A DNA stretch of 63,346 nucleotides, counting the filler, from Bigelowiella natans CCMP2755 (lineage: Eukaryota > Protista > Cercozoa), in assembly GCA_000320545.1 (NCBI GenBank). It is 3 parts of 3 records of this genome, joined end to end, with 100 filler letters (N's around TTAATTAATTAA, not from the genome) between each part and the next. Parts side by side here need not be neighbours in the genome. Positions count along the whole stretch, not along the records: positions 29,608 to 60,894 come from ADNK01002794.1; 2 more parts are not named here. One strand, 5' to 3'. The notes under the pieces were generated by a model. The model was not told where the DNA came from. It worked only from the letters and a program-made list of their open reading frames with translations, and searched no databases. Positions 41,100-50,900 of this stretch are shown piece after piece; the first letter of the stretch is position 1; each line of letters opens with the position of its first letter. Made by a program: the position numbers and the translations under genes.

Positions 41100-44000
41100 C
41101 TCAGTTCCATGGTTCAATGTTTTCTCTGTTTGATGTTCAGTGTTGTGAAAAAACGAGCCAATGACAGCACACAAAGCATTTCAGCACCTTGTTGGTTGTC
41201 ATTGTCGCACAAAGTCAACAATGAGTGTGGAAAACACCCAGGGTGTCGACCGCATTGAACCGCCCATGACCCCGCCCCTGCTTCCAGTGCTTCAGGGTGC
41301 TTCGATGGTGCGTTCGACACGCAGAGTTCGAAATCCTGACACCGTTTTGCTTTGACTGCCCCACCTTTGTGGCTCAGCTGCCACGTGTCGCACTCAGGAA
41401 TTGCACACATCTCAGCTTGACTTCGAATCGAAACGGTCTGTTTGCACGTCGAACCCATTCAAGCATTGTCATCGTTGCGTTGCGCGCGCCACGTCGTGCT
41501 CGCAAGGCCAAAAGCCAAGCGTGCAGAGTTCAAATTGCATTGACACTTGTGCAACTGCCTGCTGCTTCAAAGCGCGTCGCAAAGCGCTGCACTGTTCACA
41601 ACCCCGTCGTTGCCGGGTTTGACGGAGCTGTGGTGACTGGTGTGACTGACAGTTGCGTGCTTGCTTGCTCGATCACTGCACGCATTGCAGCACCATTGAC
41701 ACCAGTCACTCTTTTGCAGGCAAAGCCAAGTGAGCGCGCAGCACGCCTGGCAATGTGTTCGTTCTCGTGAACGCCACGTTGTGTGCAGCCTGTTGCCGCC
41801 AGGAAGGAACAATCAACTCTGCAGTCGTCAACCGTGCACGCAGGTCGTGTGCGCACAAGCACGTCTGTGCTTTTGAGAAGATGTGCAGACGGGCAAAAAC
41901 ACTCAGAGGTGTGTTGTGGGCGTCATGAGAGTCGCCATGCGGTCATCACTGGGTCACGAGATCGCTCTGATGCACTTGCACAGTTGTCTCTGCGTGCTGA
42001 TGAGAGCGGGAGTTCGTTTGTTGGTTCATCATGGGTCAGAACACGAAGCAGCAATTTGGCAATGCACCATCCTCGTGTCACTTCGATGCATTGCTGCCAT
42101 CACAGAGATCTCTTTGACAGCTCGAGATGCTTTTTCAACTGTTGTGATGTCAGAAATGCAATCAATGCCCAATTGGATGTGAAGGCTGATTCAACATGAC
42201 CCAACACGTTCCGCTTTCCAAACTCAATTCATCAATCTGGCAATGTTGTGTCCACAAAGCACCGAAAACGAGCAGAAGACGACAGCCGAGGACTTCATCC
42301 AAAACCCACCCCCTGTTGTTGCATCAAGCCGAGGGAGTGTGAGGCAGACACACTGCGATGAAGCCAGTGGGGAACGTTGATTTCGATGGTGACAAATTGC
42401 CACTTTGGACAAAGCAACAAACTCTGCAAAAAACAAATTGCGACGAAGAACATCGACTGCTCACGTGATTGACTGACCGACCGCGAGTGACCGAATGAAT
42501 GACTGACTTGCTCCCCGAGTCGATGAAATTGGTGATGTTTTCTTGCTTCGTTTTGCAACTAGCCATGATTGACTGCAGCTGTGGCTGCCACCACGTTGCT
42601 GTGTTGCCACTTCCACCAGTTGTGAACTCGTTTGACATTGAGAATTGGAAACTTCGTGTGCCCCAGCAGCTGTGAAGTGGGGGGAGGAAAAGGAAGAAAA
42701 AGACAACAAGTGGAAAAGACGATGTGGTTGCAGTTCAAACACTTGATGCAATGAAGATGATGGAGATGAACAATCAGAGTGCAACTTGAAAGACGTGCAA
42801 CTTGCACCACTCTGTCCCCCCCCACTTGCAATGATCTCGCAGCAGAAACTGCAGGAGACAGAGAGGTCGTGGTGCCATGAGAAGACACTGAACGAACAGC
42901 GTCTTTGAGAATCAGTTGACAATGGCAATGTCCACGTGCAACAACAACAACAACAACAACAACAATGATGATGATGATGATGAGCCACCTGGAAGGAAAA
43001 TCGAGAAAAACTTGCCATCGTCGTCATCACTTTCCTGAAGAGCACGACACCAATCAACACGTGTCTGTCCTGCCCATTGACCATCAGAATGATTGCAAAT
43101 GCTGCGGCACATTTTTGTTGTTCACACGATGATGACGCATCTTCTTCACTCAATTGAACGCTCTCGTCAAGTGTCATCACTGTGCAACTCAACAAGGTGG
43201 TCATCATTGTTTCTTGTCAACGTGGTGAACCACCTCAATCAACGTTTTCGTCGTCATCGTCTTCTTTTTCTTCTGCAGGCACCACCTCCAGTGTGATGCA
43301 TCAAGGGGTTCACGACCTCGCAGAGATTCTGAGCAGCCGTCACAATTGAATCGACGCAGTCTTGGAGCCTGTTGTTGTTGTCATTGTCATCGTCGTTTGT
43401 TGGGGTTGGTTGGTTGTCTGAACAAAGTGATCGTCCTCCTTCTCCCCCTCCTCCTTCTTCTCCCACCTGCTCGTCTGACCCACGATTGAACACCCACTTT
43501 GTGGATGCGAGCTTCACTTTCTTGCCTGTTGTTGGATGCGTGGGCCTTTCCATTGCTGACCACACTTTGTTCTTTCTTTGTTTTGTGTGCTCATCCTTTG
43601 TGGCTGCGATCCACTGCTCACGTTCCGGGCTGCACTGTGCCTCAGCGAACGTGGTCGGCACGTTTTCAAGGTTCATTTCTTCGTGTTCACGTTCTTTGAG
43701 TGACGATGGATCTCAGAGCTGTCCTTGACACGTGCATTGCATTCCTCAACAAGTTTTCTCGTGTGTTTGTCCATTGGGGTTTCGTTGCTCGTCCCTTCTT
43801 CGCCACCTTTTGGTTGGTGTGGCATTGAGGAACACAGGTGTCCCACTGCATCGTTCGTGTGGTGCGCGCCAGGGACGCAATTCGCGCCCGGGATGAACCG
43901 TGAGGTGGTGTTTCTCTTTCTTCTTTCACGTGATTGTTTTCTTCCAATCTTCTTGTTTTCAATTTCTTTCTTTTCGTCATCGTTGCTTGACAGAATCATT

Positions 44001-45280
44001 GATCCATCTGCGTCTGGTGATGACTTGGTGTCATCAGAATCGTTTGGAGCTCCTTCGTGGATCGTTTTGGGCTGTGGTTGTCGCTCTTCTCTTTTTGTTC
44101 GGCAGTTGCTTCATTGGATCGTGGAAAGAGCAAGTGTCTTCGCACACCTTGTCCACTTTGGAGCGACAAATTCGTCCGGATTTGTTCGTGCCCCAGTGCG
44201 AACCAATTCGGCTGTCATGGCTCAGTGTTCTCACACGTTCTGCACGGTCAAGTGCAAACTTGTTCTTGCGCTTTTCTTCAGGTGCAAGTGAGACGCCAAT
44301 GTGGCCGAAGGGAACAAGGTGGTCAATGCTCAGGCTTTCAGGATCCATTCCCTTGAACAAGCACAATGGTGTGCCATTGACTTGTTCATTGAACAGTCCA
44401 CTTGTTGTGCACTCAGCGCGTGCTGCACCGCCCAGCACCAAAAGTGAATGGACTGGCCGGATTGTTTCAGATTGGCTCTCATCCGTCTGAGCAAGGTCTG
44501 CATCATTCGTTCTGATGCGCCGTTTTGTTCTTGTCTGTGTGGGGTGGAAGGGGTGAGCGTTGTCCCTTCATCGTCAAGGAACTTGAGAAGGGGCTTGACT
44601 CAATGCACTCTCCACGTCAGATCTGAACTCGACAATGGAGACTTTTCCCTGCTTTTCCGCATGGTTCACGCAAGTTTTGACTTTGTTTGGCACTTCAGAC
44701 TTGCTTCCAAGTGATTCGACCTTCAAACGTCTGGAAGGTTCGTGCACAAGTGCAGCAAAGCACTTGCATCCTCTCGTGCTGCGCGGCGTGGTTTTGACAT
44801 CACCGTGCACCCTTTGTTTTGCGGGTGGGTTGGGGCGGGGATGGTGTTTTCATTGTGGGGGTTGACAATTTTGTTGTTTCACCTTTTGCGCTTTTGTTCG
44901 CTGGCTCATTGTCACGTTTTGCTTTTCCGTGTTTGCGCCCACGCGGTTTCTCAGTTGCGGTGAGGTCACAAGCCGCGCATGCTTCGGTGCGATTGCGGAT
45001 GGGACCAAGGCCCATGGCTTTCAAGGCATTGTGCACGGTAGCTTCACCAGCGTGACAGAATCTGCGATGCATTGCGACGCCAAGTGTCACCTTGTGACAT
45101 CGATGTGCAAGGTTGCAAGAAGAGAACACGTGTTCCCAATCCGCATCGACCACGATGTCACGTTTTGACTCACGTGGAATCACGGCAGGGGACGGAGGGG
45201 CCTGGCTAGCTGGGCGACAAGCGTGTCGTCCTTGCAGGTTCTCATCCGCTTGCCTCCGGTCATACGTTTGTGACCTGTCT
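41100..45280 (-). mobile_element. Decayed, hypermutated Ty1/copia LTR retrotransposon (integrase-RT-RNase H remnants, internally deleted)
   Basis: Motifs in copia order on the minus strand. Zn/pre-integrase HRRFCH...CAAC (~45070-44970). Integrase VHGDV..S..GCKCF...KSEV...FRSD and TPHRQEQNGASERMMQTL (~44810-44490). SH3-like PFGH..R.K..DRAE. RT start EREQWIAA...KVW...STKWVF (~43640-43485). RNase H KQTVS..QAEMCA and DNQ...KQRKH (~41450-41114). Frameshifts and stops present; gag not seen. Confidence 0.85.
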
Positions 45281-45397
45281 CATTGATGTCATCATGCATC
45301 GCTTGCAATGATCATCATTGCACAATGATCATCGTCATCATGCACTCATTGCTCAATGAAAATCACTTTGTGTTGATTGTCATTGCACGCTGATCGT

Positions 45398-45530
45398 GCA
45401 ATGAACTTCATCACACGATCATTCCGTGATGCAAAGTCACGATGCAATGAATTTCATCACACGATCATTGCACGATGCAAACTCATGATGCAATGAATTT
45501 CATCACGTGATCATTGCACGATGCAAAATC
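45398..45530. repeat. ~45-bp tandem repeat, 3 copies
   Basis: Unit GCAATGAA(C/T)TTCATCAC..GATCATT....GATGCAAA.TCA.GAT seen three times. Confidence 0.8.
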
Positions 45531-45559
45531 ACCATCAGCGATGTCCGCAGTGAATCATT

Positions 45560-46030
45560 GCGTGATGATTCGCGGACCAGCGTGTTCAAGGAGAACGCAG
45601 CCACACGCGCATGCAGCACAGTTTTGCGTGTGCTGCCAGAGGAAGCAAACTGGCAGCCGCGTGCTGCAACACAACACATTGCACGACGTTGTGCTGCCAC
45701 GTCGCACTGGCATGCTTGCCCTGTGCTCCTGCTTGTCGCTGCTTCCACACGCAGCCGCTTGTCGCCCTTCGGCGAACGCTCGCTGACTGCACGTCGCAGC
45801 TCCACACTTCGGGCATTGAGTGCCAAGCATTCCAACAACAAAACAACACGTGATGATTTGAGCACTTTCATCGTGTGCTGATCATGAAGTGCAAGTGTGC
45901 AATGAATGTCAATGCACAATGACCTTGGTTCAACACGTGACACCAAATCAATGTGCATTGATTTGAACAGCATCGTTGTTCAATGACAAATCACCATGCA
46001 TTGAACTTGAGGGTGTTATTGGGCAATGAT
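45560..46030 (+). mobile_element. Possible second copia 3' remnant (RNase H-like), opposite orientation
   Basis: TSVFKENAA...QPRAATQHIARRC resembles T.IYEDN.A...R.KHI..RY. LADC resembles LADxFTK. TTGAGGG|TGTTA at ~46007-46018 resembles a PPT/LTR junction. Confidence 0.35.
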
Positions 46031-47915
46031 TCAGAGTCATCACAGAGTGAACGTGGATGCACAATGGTTTGATTTCGACACGTGATGAAAAAATTGGCGA
46101 CGTGTGATGGTTTGAAGATTGTCATTGTGCAATGATTGAAAAGCATCACGCAAGGAACGTCATCGTGTGATCATTTTTGCATCACTTCACGATGAAAAAA
46201 CAACGTGTGTTGATTCAGAAAGTGTCAATGCGCAATGATTTGAATTTGTTTTTTGTCGATTGTCATCACGTGTTGATTTTGTTTCAACACGCAATGAAAA
46301 ATCAATGCAGAACGATTCAGGTGACATCAATGCGCAATGATTCTGAATCACCATGCAACAATCATCAACAAGCAATGATTCAGAATGATCACGTGGTGAA
46401 TGTTTCATCACACAATGTTTTGTTGTGATCAATGTGCAATGATTCTGATTCATCAACATTGACATTCATTGCACAATGACACGATCATTGCACAATGATT
46501 GAACAATGATGTTGAAATCATCACACGATGATGAACATCATTGAGTGATGAAAAAATCATTGCTCAATGATTTTGAGCCATCATTGCGCAATGATTTTTG
46601 GACCACAGCAAAAGTGGTGTTCAAATTTCCACGGGCGGCGGTCAGTGCAGTCAAGCCATTCATTGACCAAAAACGTGCATTGACATGCAAAATCACCCAT
46701 TTCAGTGTGTTTTGTTTGTCCTGCATCGCATGCATGCTGTCCGCACACATGAAAATGCTTCGCACGTCGTGCATGGAACACGTTCAAGGCACGTTCGAAG
46801 CGCTGCGCTTGACGTGCGCAATGCCATCAGAGCTGCGCCATTTCTCTGCTGAGACGCTCAATCCTTTGGCAAGCAGCAGCAGCGAACTCAACACTTTGGA
46901 CAGATCAGTTGCAATCCAAACATCCTTTGGCACAGATGCAGCTTGGTTTCAAGGACATCGATCCTTCAGTCACAGCATGGTCATTGGACATTGCAGTTCA
47001 GCCGTAGCTTCAGTTTTCAGTCGCGATCGGCACACTTGCGACAACACACATCATGATGACACGTGCAGATAGCCGAAGTTTCTCGGAACATTCCGGAACA
47101 TTGATTTTGCCCAAAATGCGCTCTGATGCAACGGAAGTTGAATCGACAAGATGATTCGAAGATGCAAGTGACCTTTCGCGCACTTCACGCTCGATGGCTG
47201 ATCGATGGTTGAATTTTAGCTGCGCTTGGGGTCCGTCAGATTGACATGTGACCTGCTAGCCTGGTCACAAAAGGTGCACATCTAGAATCTACGCAATTGC
47301 ATTGAATTCGAGGTCACAATGCACATGTTGTAGCACTTGCGTGATGTACACACAAACATAAAATCTCACATATCCAAGTAAATATGCATGCCAACGCGGA
47401 ATAAACGCACGTGCAATATAGCAAGTAGCGTTAGCTTTGTTGACCGGTGAAATAACACATGCAATGTGAACGGCGTTGTCCAAATACAGATGGTGACTAT
47501 AGGTTGTGCATGATGGGTTGACAAAACCCCTGTCTATCAGCATATGAATACGGCTATGCTCATGGCAGTGATGACCAGGAGAAGTGCGATGAGGTATACA
47601 GCTACTGGCCACCCAAAGTTCAAACCAGCCCATCCAAACACTACCCAGAATATGAGAGAACAAGTAACCGGGACGAGCAACGAAGTCCATGGGATGGAGC
47701 CGTCAACCTATAGGAATAAACGTGATTCATGTTAAGGAACACCCAATGTCTTCCTTCCCCTCTTTTTGCCCCACCACTTTAAAATTTTGGGTCCTGATCT
47801 ACGATGCAAAATGATCAAGCAAATAATAACCGCACCAGATCTCCCCTCCCTTTCCCTCTCACTCTACATTGAGCATTTGGGCCTTCCCCCCCCCCCCTCT
47901 CTCTCTTCCCATTGC

Positions 47916-50900
47916 TCAAAGTTCAAATGCCGTGTCATTGTGGAATGAAAAAATGGATGCAATGGTCTTGGCGTTCACGGTGGGATGCTGGGTGTAAGAT
48001 GTTCCGGCACGTAAACAACAACAGACCTCTGTTTCTCCAGCATGGACAATCTCCTCCTCTCGCTCGTTAATTACTGTGCCAAGAACAGATATCCAGTGCG
48101 CATAGTGTAGAGCCAGGATGGCCGAGACGAATGCCACTGCCATGGCGACAATGGGAGCCGCAATGCCCATCGATAGAATTATTCCCACCAGTATCATCTG
48201 CTCGCCATATGCCCATTTGACAATATCCTCCGCTGCGCGGGCAAGCTTGCGGGGACCCGCCTCCCTCGCTGTAGAAGGCCATGCAGCAAAGGACTTGGCT
48301 CCAAAGACGAACAAAAGAATCTTGTTCGGGCGGGAAAATGCAAATGAGGCGAATCTCTGAAACACAGGCGCAAGAAGCATTTCTAGAGCCAGTGTGGTGA
48401 AGAACGGCGCAAACACACGAACTAGCGTCGAGGTGCAGTAGTCTGAACGGAGGTGGAAGTGTGGCTGGTACTCTCCTGTACTGAGAGTTAGATATTGATC
48501 ACAGAATTGAATTCCATGTGATTCTGTAACAAAGCGACATATATCGGTAGTTACGCGGACCTCGGGGGTAGATGGCAGTGAGATTAGAAGCGGGCGTAAG
48601 CATGAATCGTAGCCGAACGCTTCCGAAATTGCGGGAGCAAAAATGTTGCTCAATGAATTGAACACCGTGTTCCACAGCAGAGCCACGCCAAAGCTGATGT
48701 CACTCTCACGACGACCGCTTATCAACTCTGACAAATCTCCAATAACAAACTTGGTTCCGAATGGGAAAACCGTGAGTGACAACACAACATGCATCACCGT
48801 GATTCCATAAAGTAAGAAGTTCTTGTTCGAATCAGAGATTCGGCTTGAGATGTCAACGTACACTTGGGCTACGCTCGTCGACATGATGAGCACCACAAGA
48901 ACAGTTATCACAAGCACAATACGTGCCACTAATTGTGCCGTGCGATATCGCTGCCAGCCGACGGAAGTATGTTCTCTGTCGCTATCACCCTTGCTCTCTA
49001 ATTTTTTATACTGGTTTTCTCCAATAGCGGCAAGTGCATGTTTGGTCTCAGATGCATAGGGAACACTTGGAGATGTAGGGAGTCCGATGCCAACGAACCT
49101 AAGCGCAACATCCTCTTTGCGATAAAGTCTCGGAGGACGCGACTTGGCAATGATCCACGCCATGCCTCCTATGGAGAGGGCTAATAAGGTGGTCGTTACC
49201 CATTCCACCGGATAATGGGTGTGGGAAGCTGACTTGGGAGCCTCCTCCACAAATGCCAAGGAAAACTTGTTTGCATACTGACATTCAAAGTGGGAGCTTG
49301 CTGTTCCGTATGTGGGAATTCCAGCAGCAACAACTAGAACCCCGATTCCAACTATGCCCCCACTTAGCAGGAAAACTCCGCGCGATGTGCGTGGGAGTAG
49401 ACCTTGTTCTCTCGTTTGCACCCAGCTCCATAGAAGCTTCCAATTGCTAGATTCTATCCCCCCCTTCCGGTAAACATGCCACACGCCCATTCCTACAACT
49501 AATGCTCCCATCACCACTGACACGATGAAAGGCACGAGGAAGGCGCTATATCCGCATTGGTATGCCTTGCCATACGCATCTACCTCGCGGAGCGTTTCAA
49601 TTCCACGGCATCCGAACATGTTACCCTGCACAATTTGGACCGCAGGCGTGGAGACCCCGCCCCCTGTTCCATTGGTGCTGTCGAATACCCCTGTCTGCTG
49701 CAATCCGGTTGGTATTTCGCATGACATCTGGTTTAAATTCAGGCGTATATCTCGAAGAACAGGCAACACATCCGCAAGAGTATCCGGAAGCCTGCCCTGA
49801 ATTCTATTCGTATCTAAAAGCAATTTCTTCAAGCCAAGAGCACTGCCGACTGTGTTCGGAAGGCTACCGCTCACACGGTTGTGAGATAGAACAAACTCTT
49901 CTAGGCTAGGGTGAAGGAAGAGCGCTTCTGGGATCGTTCCGCTCAACTGATTACCTGCCAGGTGAATTTTCTTTGGAGCTATCATGGACCCTAGAGCATC
50001 TAGATCACCATTCAAACGTGTCCCATCGATCAGCAAATATTGTAAACTTGCCATGGGCAATGAATCAAGGCGTCCCTTAAGATCCCGATTCGAGGACAAG
50101 GAGAGAATTGTGAGGTTCGGAAAAGTCCGTGTAAGGTCAGGAATGTTCCCAGAAAGATCATTTTGGCTCAGATCAATGATCTTAAGATCCGTTCTGGTAA
50201 CCTGTTCCAAATCCGCTGGGATGGTTCCCGAGAGCCGGCATTTTGCTAGCACCAACACCCCTTTATCATTGAATTCACTAACTTCATCACTGCCGAGATT
50301 AAACAAACTGCTAGGAACGTGACCAGATACAATGGTGTCGGAGGCCGAGAATCGGATTAATGGACTAGGATTAAGACTGCTCCGACTTCCAAGACACTCG
50401 TCAGACGGAAGCGTCCCCGAGAGCCGGTTGGACTTAACCACAAATTGCTGCATGTTTTTGCTCGCTCCGTCCGGGTTGTTCGGGTCGCACACGAATCCCG
50501 CCGGGATCGTGCCCGAGATCAAGTTATTAGATGCAACGAACCACTGAAGCTGCGCCCATGAAGATCGGTTCGCCAAGCACTCGTCGGACGGAAGCGTCCC
50601 CGATAGCCGGTTGGATTCAACATCAAAATAAAACATGTTGTTGCTCGCTCCGTCCGGGTTGTTCGGGTCGCACACGAACCCCGCCGGGATCGTGCCCGAG
50701 ATCGAGTTGTTATATGCATAGAAGGACTGAAGCTGCACCTCTGAAGATCGGTTCGCCAAGCATTCGTCGGACGGAAGCGTTCCCGATAGCCGGTTGGAGT
50801 CAACAAAAAAAAGAAGCATGTTTTTGCTCGCTCCGTCCGGGTTGCTCGGGTCGCACACGAACCCCGCCGGGATCGTGCCCGAGATCAAGTTATTAGATGC

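Noticed and set aside
42912-42965. LLLLHVDI as a mutated copia YVDD
   Set aside because: The Leu run comes from an (AAC)n microsatellite, the second Asp is missing and the flanks show no RT similarity; likely coincidence.
41100-47072. Many 100-250 aa overlapping ORFs as real genes
   Set aside because: By-product of TAA/TAG loss; C/H-rich and Tyr-free; only the copia motif fragments are meaningful.
40960-47210. Classical RIP, CpG decay or codon/stop avoidance as the cause of the composition
   Set aside because: RIP would increase TpA. CpG is plentiful here. TA is missing in all frames and in non-coding parts while TGA stops and frameshifts are present.
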